The notes under the pieces are model-generated. The model saw nothing but the letters and a program-made list of their open reading frames with translations, searched no databases and had not been told where the DNA came from. A stretch of DNA of 64,000 nt from an uncultured virus (IMG/VR IMGVR_UViG_3300025652_000051) (taxonomy: Duplodnaviria > Heunggongvirae > Uroviricota > Caudoviricetes): IMG/VR virus record IMGVR_UViG_3300025652_000051; one strand, 5' to 3'. Position 1 is the first letter of the stretch; each line of letters begins with the position of its first letter. The translations under genes and the position numbers were made by a program. Of the stretch, positions 45,360-54,918 are shown one piece after another.

Positions 45360-46145
45360 ATGATTGATAAAATAGACTTTCTAAAAGACACTAAAAGTTC
45401 CGTATCGCTCATCGACAAGATGAAGCATGACCATGCCCTTAAAGTAACAAATGCTGCTAGGGTGTCTTACGATAATGAGAAGGAGGAGTTTACGGAAAAG
45501 GATAAGAAGCTTACTAAATTCCTCTGGGGACATGAGCATACTTCTCCTTTTCGGCATTCCTACTATACCTTTCAGATTAAGCTACCTCTTATTATAGCTA
45601 GGCAATTGATGAAGTATCAGGTAGGGTCCACTTTCAGAACTACGGAATTAAATGGGGAAGAGATAACCATCCAAGAGTTTGATCATATTTACGATGTTGA
45701 TAAGGGTTGCTCTTGGAACGAGGTATCAGGAAGATACACCACTACTTCGGAAGATTTTTATACACCTTCTAAGTTAAGGTCAAATCCTGGTCATGGAAAC
45801 AAGCAATCTTCTGGTGAGTATATTAACCCTATGGATAAGTACTCCATGGGGTATATGTATGATGGTGAAATCCAAGAACACATGCAGGATCAGTGTAAGA
45901 GGGCCATTTATCTTTACAAAAGATTAATTGACAACGGTGTAGCAAAAGAAATGGCTAGGGGAATTCTTCCTCAATACATGTATACCAAAGCTACTTGGAC
46001 GATCAGTCTTCAAAGTGTAATATGGTTTCTTCACCAGCGACTTAAGTCTGATGCTCAGTGGGAGATCCAGCAGTTAGCGGAAGGTATTTATGAGTTGGTG
46101 AAGGACGATCTTGGTAAGTTAGGATTGTCTAAGGAAGATCTATGA
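45360..46145 (+). CDS. thyX: Flavin-dependent thymidylate synthase
   Basis: NAARVSY, HEHTSPF, WNEVSGRY, EMARGILP, AQWEIQ; true start MIDKID at 45360. Confidence 0.93.
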   Translation: MIDKIDFLKDTKSSVSLIDKMKHDHALKVTNAARVSYDNEKEEFTEKDKKLTKFLWGHEHTSPFRHSYYTFQIKLPLIIARQLMKYQVGSTFRTTELNGEEITIQEFDHIYDVDKGCSWNEVSGRYTTTSEDFYTPSKLRSNPGHGNKQSSGEYINPMDKYSMGYMYDGEIQEHMQDQCKRAIYLYKRLIDNGVAKEMARGILPQYMYTKATWTISLQSVIWFLHQRLKSDAQWEIQQLAEGIYELVKDDLGKLGLSKEDL

Positions 46146-47194
46146 GTAAGTGTTTGATTATTGGGGATACTCACTTTGATACTAAGTGTGAAGGGTACTT
46201 AGATGTTCAAGTAGAATCTACTTTAAAATTAGTTAAGGAGCATAAGCCTAAGTATATTGTTTTCCTAGGAGACATATATCACCACAGAAAGCCAACTCCC
46301 GAAGTTGTTGTAGCGGTCCATAAGCTTTTTCAAAAGATAAGTCTTACGCCTGGAGTAACAAAGATATATGTCTTACGAGGCAATCACGATTCTCAAAACA
46401 GGAGTGACGATGGTCTTACTGCTTTAGAGACCCTGTGCTACCCTGGATCTAAGGTGACGGTAGTTAAGCATACGATCTATGATCCTAATTTAAACTTCCT
46501 TTTAATACCTCACTACGAAGATGATGATGTTATTAAAGAACACTTGAACTCCAATGGCAATGAAAAGACTGTTGCATTCGGACATTTCAGCTACACTCCA
46601 GACCACCTAGGGATCAAAGGATTCGAATCTTCTCTTAAGCTAACAGATTTCAAATGCAGAACTATTCTTGGGCACATCCACAAGCATCTTGAAGACGACC
46701 ATGTAACAATACTTGGAACTCCTTGGACCACTAATTTTGGAGAGTCCGATAAGGATAACTTTGTAGGGGTTATGGAGGAGATTCCTGGCGGCTGGGGACC
46801 ACTTAATAAATTTAAAGTACGATTCGGTCCTAGATTTTATGAGGCACCCTACGAAGCATTAGAGGCTATGGAGTATGAGATATCCGACAAGAATTACTTT
46901 ACTCTTTTAAGGGTTATACTCAACAGGTTCTCTGATGACCCTATTTCCCTCCTCCGGGCCGACATAGCAAATAAATTTAAAGTAGCTTATGTTGATATAA
47001 AATTTCAACCTATTTATGATGATAAATTAAATGAGAGACTATCAGGCTATGATCCTAATATCCCTTTAACGGTTATTGATGATGACATCATTACTCGTTA
47101 TGTTGAAGAGCAGGCATCTACAATACCTCAAGAGATGCTAGAAAGAGGATTGAACCTGATACGAGAATATGCAGATCAAGACACTGATAGCTAG
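46142..47194 (+). CDS. Recombination endonuclease, gp47/SbcD/Mre11-like
   Basis: GDTH, LGDIY, GNHD, GHF, LGHIH metallophosphoesterase motifs. Confidence 0.9.
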   Translation: MSKCLIIGDTHFDTKCEGYLDVQVESTLKLVKEHKPKYIVFLGDIYHHRKPTPEVVVAVHKLFQKISLTPGVTKIYVLRGNHDSQNRSDDGLTALETLCYPGSKVTVVKHTIYDPNLNFLLIPHYEDDDVIKEHLNSNGNEKTVAFGHFSYTPDHLGIKGFESSLKLTDFKCRTILGHIHKHLEDDHVTILGTPWTTNFGESDKDNFVGVMEEIPGGWGPLNKFKVRFGPRFYEAPYEALEAMEYEISDKNYFTLLRVILNRFSDDPISLLRADIANKFKVAYVDIKFQPIYDDKLNERLSGYDPNIPLTVIDDDIITRYVEEQASTIPQEMLERGLNLIREYADQDTDS

Positions 47195-48770
47195 AAATTT
47201 TTATTCCTTTAGTCACCTAGAAGTAGATTTCTCTAAAATGACAGGGATCACCAGGATTCTTGGTAGAAACAAAGATAGTGGAGGATCTAACGGTGCTGGT
47301 AAAAGCGCGTTGTTTGAAGCTGTTACCTGGGGTGTGTATGGCACTACAATTAGGAAGTCTACGGAAGCTGCTCTAATCAACTCTCAGGCTGGCGAGGATT
47401 GCTCTGTAAGCATTGTATTAGAAAAGAAGGGTATAGGTACCGTCTTGATTAGCCGGTCTAAAAGACCCACTTCATTAAACGTAGAAGTTAATGGAAAGTT
47501 AATAAATCGAGCTAACGCAAGCCAGACTCAAGAGTATTTAGAAGAGTTGCTAGAGACTGACTACAAGTCTTTCTTAGCATCCGTGGTATTTGGACAGCAC
47601 TCAACATTTACCTTCCTAGATTCATCTCCCGAGGATAAGCGTAAGATAATTAAGAATTGTTTTAATCTGGACGATATCTTTTCTAAGCGTTCATCGGTCA
47701 AACAGTTGAAGTCATCCTACCAGGGGGAGTTAAAAGTAGTTGGGACTCTTATTAAGAATTTAGTAGAGGAACAGGATAAGCTAGAGAAAGAAGTCCCTGA
47801 TGACAAGTTTAAGTTAGTTAAGCTTCCTAGCCTTGAAAACATCCTAAAAGCGGAAGGTAAGATCAACGAAAGTGAGAAGATTGTAAGGGATCTCCAACGC
47901 ACGATGAAAAAGGAAAGGGATCGGTTGAGAAGGGTGAATGACTCGATCAAGGAAGGCGTTTATAAAAACGATAAGGAGTGTCCTGTCTGTAAAAATTCAT
48001 ATGTAAAGTCTCAGACCGAGAAGGATGTTCAGGCATTTAATCAGGAAGCTCAAGATCTTTCGGATTCTATTACGGAGAAGGAGAATAAGATAAATGAGCT
48101 TAAGGACACAAATGATACAATAATTCCTAAGATTTCTTCATCTGAGTGGGCAAAGTATAATAAGAAAAATAAACAGATTGAAAATGCTCAAAGCAGTATA
48201 CATAGACTACGCCAAGTTTTAGGACAGCTAGAGGAATACGAAAACAGACGTATCGAACTTGACTCACTACTGGAAGTTATGAAGTTCTGGGAAATTGCTT
48301 TCTCAGAGAAGGGACTTATTCGTTATATTATTAGGAACATTTTGGACTACTTTAATTTAAGATCTAATGAGTATGTTTCGATACTAACCAATAATCAGTT
48401 TTCCTTAGAGTTCAACGATGAGTTGACGGAAACAATTCGTAATAACGGAGTAGAGACTAAGTATATTTCTTTATCTGGGGGTGAGAAAAGGAAGGTTAAC
48501 TTGTCTATAATGTTATCCCTTCAAGATCTCAGTTCTAAGATTTCGAGAACTGATTGCAATTTACTCTTCTTTGATGAGGTTTGCGATAATATCGATAATC
48601 CTGGAATCTTGGCTGTTAATAATCTTCTCCGCATGTTAGAATCCCAGAATGTAGAGAAGAAGGTATTGGTAATTACTCATAACAATTACCTTCAAGAACT
48701 TCTGGGAGATACAGACGCGATCACGATCACAAAACACAAAGGAATCAGTAAGATTAACAATGGCAATTAA
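47169..48770 (+). CDS. Recombination ATPase, gp46/SbcC/Rad50-like
   Basis: NGAGKS Walker A, CPVC zinc hook, LSGGE signature, FFDEV Walker B, ITH. Confidence 0.93.
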   Translation: MQIKTLIARNFYSFSHLEVDFSKMTGITRILGRNKDSGGSNGAGKSALFEAVTWGVYGTTIRKSTEAALINSQAGEDCSVSIVLEKKGIGTVLISRSKRPTSLNVEVNGKLINRANASQTQEYLEELLETDYKSFLASVVFGQHSTFTFLDSSPEDKRKIIKNCFNLDDIFSKRSSVKQLKSSYQGELKVVGTLIKNLVEEQDKLEKEVPDDKFKLVKLPSLENILKAEGKINESEKIVRDLQRTMKKERDRLRRVNDSIKEGVYKNDKECPVCKNSYVKSQTEKDVQAFNQEAQDLSDSITEKENKINELKDTNDTIIPKISSSEWAKYNKKNKQIENAQSSIHRLRQVLGQLEEYENRRIELDSLLEVMKFWEIAFSEKGLIRYIIRNILDYFNLRSNEYVSILTNNQFSLEFNDELTETIRNNGVETKYISLSGGEKRKVNLSIMLSLQDLSSKISRTDCNLLFFDEVCDNIDNPGILAVNNLLRMLESQNVEKKVLVITHNNYLQELLGDTDAITITKHKGISKINNGN

Positions 48771-50664
48771 GCAACTAGACAGTTTAGGACAAGATATCTT
48801 CATGCAGCGTTACGCCTATCCAGGTGAAACAAAGTATTCGGAGAGATGCAAGGCTATGGCAAAGCATGTAGCTTCCTCAGAGAGCGAGGACGAGATTGAG
48901 AAACAGGAGAAGCGTTTCTATGATGCTCTAAGCACGGGGGATCTTGTTCCTGGAGGTCGCATTATTTATGGTGCTGGTCGTAGCCATCAGAACTTACTTA
49001 ACTGTTATGCTATTGAACCGGAGGATACTGTTGAATCCATTGGTAAGACTATTCAGGACATGTATCGTATTTCTTGTGGTGGTGGAGGTATTGGATTTAA
49101 CTTCTCTAAGCTCCGTCCTAAGGGCGATGACATTGGTAATGTAAAAAACTCTGCTCCCGGATCTGTTTCCGTGATGCAAATGATTAATGAGGTAGGAAAT
49201 CATGTTAAAGCGGGTAAGAATAGAAGAACCGCGCTTATGGCGGAACTTAATGTGGATCATCCTGATCTACTGGACTTTTTGCACATCAAGCTGGATTTAT
49301 CTCAGCTAACAAACTTCAATATTTCAGTGGCTATCACTGACAAGTTTATTGAAGCGTGTGAGAATAATGACAATTGGGAGTTCAAGTTTAACAATAAGCG
49401 ATACAAGGTATACCAAACCAACCGAGTATCCAGTGACGGGACTAGTGAGATCATTAACATCGTTGCTCTTTCCCAAGAAGATGCCTTGGAGCGTGCAAAG
49501 CTTCATCATCTTAATCTGTGGAATGACACGTTTGAGGATGTTCAAGAGGTTAACTTCAAGGCTATTGACCTATGGAATCGTTTGTGGGAGAATGCTGTTA
49601 AGTCTGGTGAGCCGGGTATTTTCAACCTATCTCTTACTAACAGATACACTAACATGTCGTACTTCCTTAAGATGAATGCCACAAATCCTTGTGGTGAGAT
49701 TCCTTTGGATTCATACGCTAACTGTTGCTTGGGCCACATCAACCTTTCTAACATGGTAAACGAAACGAGCGATGATTTAGACTGGAATCGTCTTGCTAGA
49801 ACAATTAGAACGGGTATTCGTTTCCTGGATAACGTCTTGACCGTAAATCACTATCCTTTGGAGGAGTGTAAGATTGCGGGTGATCGATCTAGGCGTATTG
49901 GTTTGGGGACTATGGGTCTACATCACATGCTTATCAAGCTAGGCATTAAGTACGGAAGCGAGAAGTCTATTGAATTTATTGATAGGCTTTATACTACCAT
50001 CCGTAATGAGTCCTATCTCTCTTCGGTTTATCTTGCTCGTGAACGAGGTTCCTTCCCTGAGTTTAGCTACAGGAAGTATTTGAATGAGGAGTTTGCAAAG
50101 ACATTACCTGCTCGTATTCGAATGCTGATTAAGGAGCATGGTATTCGTAATGCAGTGATGCTTACAGCCGCTCCTACGGGTACAATTGCCATGGTTCACA
50201 ACGTATCCACGGGTATCGAGCCTATCTTCGCTCCAATGTATAATCGTCGTTATCGTGAAGGCAATACTTGGAAATCTACACTTGTTCTTGATCCTTTGTT
50301 TAAGGATGAGCTTCTCAAGGGTAATGATGGCCGACATGTTGTAGGGGCATACGATATTACCCCAGAGCAACATATGGGAGTTCAGGCGTGCATTCAAAAG
50401 TATATTGATAACGCTATCAGCAAGACTATCAATCTTCCTTCAGATGCTGATCATGATCAGGTTTCTAAAATGGCTTTGAAGTATGCACCTTATCTCAAGG
50501 GTATGACTGTGTATCGTGCTGGATCTAAGGGCATGGAACCTTTAGAGGCTTTACCTCTCACTGACGAGAATATTGATATGGCGAAGAAACTTATTGCCGA
50601 CGAGCAAGTAGAAGCCTCTGTAGGTGTTGAATCCTGCGTTATTGGCGGGGAGTGTGGATCATAA
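48760..50664 (+). CDS. nrdJ: Ribonucleotide reductase, class II (B12-dependent) type
   Basis: PGGRI, LLNCY, GGGGIG, TNPCGEIPL, CCLG, APTGT, ISKTINLP, C-terminal Cys pair; no ATP cone and no adjacent nrdB. Confidence 0.8.
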   Translation: MAIKQLDSLGQDIFMQRYAYPGETKYSERCKAMAKHVASSESEDEIEKQEKRFYDALSTGDLVPGGRIIYGAGRSHQNLLNCYAIEPEDTVESIGKTIQDMYRISCGGGGIGFNFSKLRPKGDDIGNVKNSAPGSVSVMQMINEVGNHVKAGKNRRTALMAELNVDHPDLLDFLHIKLDLSQLTNFNISVAITDKFIEACENNDNWEFKFNNKRYKVYQTNRVSSDGTSEIINIVALSQEDALERAKLHHLNLWNDTFEDVQEVNFKAIDLWNRLWENAVKSGEPGIFNLSLTNRYTNMSYFLKMNATNPCGEIPLDSYANCCLGHINLSNMVNETSDDLDWNRLARTIRTGIRFLDNVLTVNHYPLEECKIAGDRSRRIGLGTMGLHHMLIKLGIKYGSEKSIEFIDRLYTTIRNESYLSSVYLARERGSFPEFSYRKYLNEEFAKTLPARIRMLIKEHGIRNAVMLTAAPTGTIAMVHNVSTGIEPIFAPMYNRRYREGNTWKSTLVLDPLFKDELLKGNDGRHVVGAYDITPEQHMGVQACIQKYIDNAISKTINLPSDADHDQVSKMALKYAPYLKGMTVYRAGSKGMEPLEALPLTDENIDMAKKLIADEQVEASVGVESCVIGGECGS

Positions 50665-51275
50665 TGAGTGATTCCTTACTAGAAACTTATAATTGTAAGC
50701 ATTGCGGAACTAGAAGTTCCGTATTTGTGGAGAGGTCCGATGAGACTGGATTGTTTTATTATTACAAGCGTGTAGGTAGGAAGATTCATGAGGATAAAGT
50801 TCCTACTCATGACGGGACAGGTGATGTGGAGTACCATCCAGATTATCATGGAGACCCCACCTACTGGCATAAGTATGAAAAGGAGTGGTCAATGGAATAT
50901 TTTGACACTATTAAATGTCCTAATTGCAAGAAAGAAACTGAAAAGCGAGCTTCAATTTATTACTTCAGTGTAGGTGAAGGAAGAAATTCTTACAAGTCTT
51001 TGAAAGAGCGTATGCGTTATGCTAATGAGGGAATGGATAAGAAACAAGCGGAACAATTCCTTCAAGAGTCTTGCGAAGCTTCCAAAGATCGTGTAAAGTC
51101 TGGAGGACAGCACTATAAGAGGGTCGTTCCTGATTACGAAGCTATGCATAGACAAGGGAAAGTACGTAGACTGAATGATCAAGAGAGGGCCGACAAGATT
51201 GAATCTTTAAAGAGGACTAATTCAATGATTACTAAACAAGGTACCATTGGAAAAGCCGCACGCCGACCTAAGTAA
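50664..51275 (+). CDS. Zinc-ribbon (FmdB-like) protein
   Basis: YNCKHCG ... CPNC with a long insert between the CxxC pairs; start at 50664. Confidence 0.55.
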   Translation: MSDSLLETYNCKHCGTRSSVFVERSDETGLFYYYKRVGRKIHEDKVPTHDGTGDVEYHPDYHGDPTYWHKYEKEWSMEYFDTIKCPNCKKETEKRASIYYFSVGEGRNSYKSLKERMRYANEGMDKKQAEQFLQESCEASKDRVKSGGQHYKRVVPDYEAMHRQGKVRRLNDQERADKIESLKRTNSMITKQGTIGKAARRPK

Positions 51276-51286
51276 TAATTAATCAT

Positions 51287-52603
51287 ATGCCGTATCACAT
51301 CTCCGACAACACCAAGAAAGGGTGTTTGTATCTCCTTAAGCATGATCTGGAATTCTTTTCCGAAATTGTTCCATTGCTTAAGCCCGAGTTCTTTGACTTT
51401 CCTGCTTACAAAAATCTTTTTATAGGGATTAGTGAGTATTACGATGAGTATAGAAAGCTTCCCTCGGACGGAGTACTACCTGATTACATTGTAAACAATG
51501 TTTCTAATGCGTGCTTGGACGGTATTGACTACACCAGTACCATTGCTGAGGTCAATTCTTTTGACAAGTCTTGCCTAGATGATCGAGAGTTTCTGTTAGA
51601 CACTGTAGAGACTTTTGCTCGTCAAAAAGCTATGGAGCAAGCTGTTAGGAAGGCTGTAGCTATCCTTAACGAGGAGGGTGAGATAGGACAGGTTGAAGAG
51701 CTTGTTAAGTCCGCTCTCCTCGTTAATCGAAGCGTGAACGTAGGTCAAGACTACTTTAAGGATGTATCGGATAGAATTAAGAGGGAAAGCGAGGATAAGG
51801 GAAGGTTAAAGATTCCAACTATCTTCGCTAGCCACAATAGAAACCTTGAGGGAGGTTTGTGTAGGAAGGAGTTTGCAATGGTGGCTGCTCCTCCTGGCGT
51901 AGGAAAATCTCTCTACTTGGTTAATCAAGGAGCCAGTGCTGTTGTATCAGGAAAGAACGTCTTGTACATTTCTTTAGAGATGTCGCAGGATAAGATTGCA
52001 GCAAGATTTGATTCAGTATTGTCCGACTTGTCTAGTAGAGATCTTAAGGAGAAGCCACTAGTTAAGATTAAGCTTAAAGAACGTCTTAACGAGATTAGGG
52101 ATAAGAGTCGTGGAAGGCTAATCATTAAAGAGTTTCCAACTGGAGCTATGAATGTGAATCAGCTTAGAGCCTACCTTGTGCAGTTGAAGCTTCATAGCAA
52201 TTTTACCCCTGATGTTATTATTGTAGACTACCTAGAGCTTTTACGCCCTAACCGTATTATCGACTCCGAGTATCAGGCACAGCAAAGGATCGCAGAGGAA
52301 TTAAGAGGTCTTGCGGTAGAGCATAATGTCCTTATGTGGACGGCAACTCAAACCAATAGGCAGGCTAGAAGGGTGGCTGTTATCACCGATGCAGAGCTAG
52401 GAGATTCTTACGGTAAGATTCGAGTGGCTGACTGGGCCATATCACTAAATCAAACTCAAGAAGAGTATGACGAAGGAGCGATGAGAGTTTTTGTAATGAA
52501 GGCTAGAGACTCTAAGCAGCATTACTTAATTAACGTGTCTGTAGATTACACGACACTTCAAATGAGGGAGCCGTATAACAATGAACATACCCAAACAGAC
52601 TAG
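51287..52603 (+). CDS. Replicative helicase (DnaB/gp41-like)
   Basis: APPGVGKS, YISLEM, IIKEFP, IIVDYLEL, TATQTNR. Confidence 0.92.
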   Translation: MPYHISDNTKKGCLYLLKHDLEFFSEIVPLLKPEFFDFPAYKNLFIGISEYYDEYRKLPSDGVLPDYIVNNVSNACLDGIDYTSTIAEVNSFDKSCLDDREFLLDTVETFARQKAMEQAVRKAVAILNEEGEIGQVEELVKSALLVNRSVNVGQDYFKDVSDRIKRESEDKGRLKIPTIFASHNRNLEGGLCRKEFAMVAAPPGVGKSLYLVNQGASAVVSGKNVLYISLEMSQDKIAARFDSVLSDLSSRDLKEKPLVKIKLKERLNEIRDKSRGRLIIKEFPTGAMNVNQLRAYLVQLKLHSNFTPDVIIVDYLELLRPNRIIDSEYQAQQRIAEELRGLAVEHNVLMWTATQTNRQARRVAVITDAELGDSYGKIRVADWAISLNQTQEEYDEGAMRVFVMKARDSKQHYLINVSVDYTTLQMREPYNNEHTQTD

Positions 52604-52982
52604 TTTAGACTTTATTAAGGACAAAAAGCATATTTACAACAAGCTTATTGAAAAGGGGGTTAAGTCTGTAAACGTAGGTTGGGCCGTTTTTGAATTTGAG
52701 CTTCACTCTAAGTTAATATCTGACGATCAAAAGGTCGATGGGTTGACTGAGTTTGATACTAAAAAGATAAAATTAGAAATGAATCTTTCTGATTTAGACG
52801 CTCGTGAGACTATAATACACGAGATATATCATTGTATGCTTGAAGCTGTGGGTTTAGATGAACGAAACTTTGACACACAGCGAATGTTCTTAACTAACGA
52901 GCAATTAGTGGTATGCTTATCCAAGCAGACTATGACTCTGCATCATCTTAACCCAAAACTATTCTCAACGATTTATGCTTGA
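52581..52982 (+). CDS. Small HExxH metallopeptidase-like protein
   Basis: ETIIHEIYHCML ... NEQLV. Confidence 0.6.
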   Translation: MNIPKQTSLDFIKDKKHIYNKLIEKGVKSVNVGWAVFEFELHSKLISDDQKVDGLTEFDTKKIKLEMNLSDLDARETIIHEIYHCMLEAVGLDERNFDTQRMFLTNEQLVVCLSKQTMTLHHLNPKLFSTIYA

Positions 52983-53412
52983 TATTGTCAAAATAGACCC
53001 CGCGTCATTAACCCACGATATTTATGATGATGTTGTGAGCGTTGTATCTACGGTTGCTCGCGACCCTGATAAGGCTGCTGATCAACTTTCTTATATTTCC
53101 TCACAATACGGTTACTACTATGGTATAATGATCCGGGCCAAGAGACTTTTAGATAATGCTGTAGAGACATTAGAAAGCTTCAAGGCCGAGGCAAGAACAT
53201 CAAAGCGTAATTCAGGAGTTAAACTTACAGTCGCTGCGGCTGAAGATCACGTTAACTCTCTTGAAGAGACGTTTGAATTAAACAGTGAAATAAATCGTCT
53301 TAAAGAAGGTTATGGATACGCGAAAGGTATATGTAACAGTCTTGAGATGAAGAAAGACATGCTTATCCAGCTTTCAGCTAACAGCAGGCAGGAAATAAAG
53401 CTTAACCAGTAA
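52975..53412 (+). CDS. Recombination mediator, UvsY-like
   Basis: Helical 145 aa ending LEMKKDMLIQLSANSRQE; adjacent to SSB. Confidence 0.6.
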   Translation: MLDIVKIDPASLTHDIYDDVVSVVSTVARDPDKAADQLSYISSQYGYYYGIMIRAKRLLDNAVETLESFKAEARTSKRNSGVKLTVAAAEDHVNSLEETFELNSEINRLKEGYGYAKGICNSLEMKKDMLIQLSANSRQEIKLNQ

Positions 53413-53453
53413 TTTGTTAGCATTTAGCAATAATCAGCCTAAAGGAGAAAACA

Positions 53454-54269
53454 ATGGCAAAAACACTAGCAGAACTTAGAGACATGCATAAGAGAATGAT
53501 GGCAGAAGAGAAGCCATCCACCCAAGCTTCCAAATCGTCAGAGTGGGCGACTTTTGAAGACGGTGATAATATTGTAAGGTTCCTTCCTGGAAAGGAAGAT
53601 CCTTTGGAATTCTTTGTAGAAGGTCATGTTCACAAGTATCAGGATGCTGAAGGAAACTGGCGTAGTTACAAGTGCCGTAAATCACAAGGAGAGAAGTGTC
53701 CAGTATGTGACTACTACTTCGATCTCTGGGGTCGCCACAAGGAGCTAAACCTGGGTAAGGGTGCCGATGGCAAGAATGTTAAGTCTAAGTTTGGTGATCT
53801 AGCTGTAAAGATTAAGTCTAAGCCTAGATTCTATGCTATTGGGGTTATCAGAAGCTTGCAAGAAGCTGGTGAGAATCCTGTTCGATACATTGCTATGAGT
53901 CAGCAGCTTTTCAATCCTGTGTTTGCAGCCATGGTTAGCGAAGATTTCCAAGATGAGGACAATCCTGACAATACGACTATTATCTCAATTGAGAGAGGTA
54001 ATGATTTTAACGTGAGGTTGACAAAGAATGGAAACTACGTCAACTTCAATGAATCGTCCGCTAAGTATAAGAAGACTCGTGCAGGAACTCCTGCTGAGGT
54101 AGCAGAGTGGATGGATAATGAACTGAACTTGAAGTCTCTCGTAGAGGTTGACAGTTATGAAAAGGGGAAAGAGGTTGTAATGTCTCTTGAGTCTGCTCTC
54201 AACCCTGTTAAGACTGAGAGCACGTCGCCTCCTTGGGAGGAGACTACTAGTGAGGATTTACAGGTATGA
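53454..54269 (+). CDS. Single-stranded DNA-binding protein (gp32-like)
   Basis: IVRFLP, H...C.....CPVC zinc site, GNDFNV, acidic C-tail; AAGGAG RBS. Confidence 0.85.
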   Translation: MAKTLAELRDMHKRMMAEEKPSTQASKSSEWATFEDGDNIVRFLPGKEDPLEFFVEGHVHKYQDAEGNWRSYKCRKSQGEKCPVCDYYFDLWGRHKELNLGKGADGKNVKSKFGDLAVKIKSKPRFYAIGVIRSLQEAGENPVRYIAMSQQLFNPVFAAMVSEDFQDEDNPDNTTIISIERGNDFNVRLTKNGNYVNFNESSAKYKKTRAGTPAEVAEWMDNELNLKSLVEVDSYEKGKEVVMSLESALNPVKTESTSPPWEETTSEDLQV

Positions 54270-54823
54270 TGAATAGAAAGTTTTTAGTTACAGGTTTGCT
54301 CGCCTTGATGATGAGTATGATGTTTGCGTCCTGCTCTGTTCTTGAGAGCTTGTTTGAAGATAAGGTCGTTACTACTATTAGCAATGTTAGAGAAGATAGG
54401 CGTGCTGAGGCGGTCCCTGCGGACCTAGGTATGCTTCCTCCTGATGTTGCTGCTAGGATGGCTAAGGATGGTGAGACACTTGTGGTTGTGGATAAGGATG
54501 ACATTCTAGATCCAATGGGTAATGTCGTGGACATTACAGATCCAGGTTCAGAGGCTTTAGATTCTGTTCTTGGAATGGGTCTTGGAGCACTTAATTCGGT
54601 ATTCCCAGGGGTAGCAGCATTAGAAGGATTGGGCTTGCTATTTTCAAAGAGGAAGCGAAAGCACTACGGCAAGGCTATGAAGGCTGCTGTCCCAGCTAAT
54701 GGTAAGGTAGAGTTGAAGGATGCTGTATTATCCTTAGGGAAGGCTATTGGTGTTGCACATAGTTCTGGCAACTCAAAGAAGGTCTTCGAGGAAGAAGAGG
54801 AGAAGGAAGTTAAGAAGAGTTAG
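54266..54823 (+). CDS. Lipoprotein
   Basis: Signal peptide MMNRKFLVTGLLALMMSMMFAS-C; later Gly-rich hydrophobic segment followed by KRKRKH. Confidence 0.7.
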   Translation: MMNRKFLVTGLLALMMSMMFASCSVLESLFEDKVVTTISNVREDRRAEAVPADLGMLPPDVAARMAKDGETLVVVDKDDILDPMGNVVDITDPGSEALDSVLGMGLGALNSVFPGVAALEGLGLLFSKRKRKHYGKAMKAAVPANGKVELKDAVLSLGKAIGVAHSSGNSKKVFEEEEEKEVKKS

Positions 54824-54858
54824 GGCTAATCGTTTCGGCCTATAACGTCTTGAGTTGG

Positions 54859-54893
54859 CTAGATCAGGTCTTCGGATCTGATCTAGTTTTTTT
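54859..54893 (+). terminator. Rho-independent terminator with cUUCGg tetraloop
   Basis: ctagatcaggtc-ttcg-gatctgatctag-ttttttt. Confidence 0.9.
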
Positions 54894-54906
54894 ATACCTA
54901 CACGGC

Positions 54907-54912
54907 TATAAT
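54907..54912 (+). promoter_or_regulatory. -10 element TATAAT, probably leaderless promoter of the glycan cluster
   Basis: 6 nt upstream of ATG 54919, right after the terminator. Confidence 0.6.
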
Positions 54913-54918
54913 GATTCA

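Noticed and set aside
54850..54918. Upstream start of the first glycosyltransferase in the ORF track
   Set aside because: Overlaps the terminator hairpin; ATG 54919 fits the TATAAT spacing
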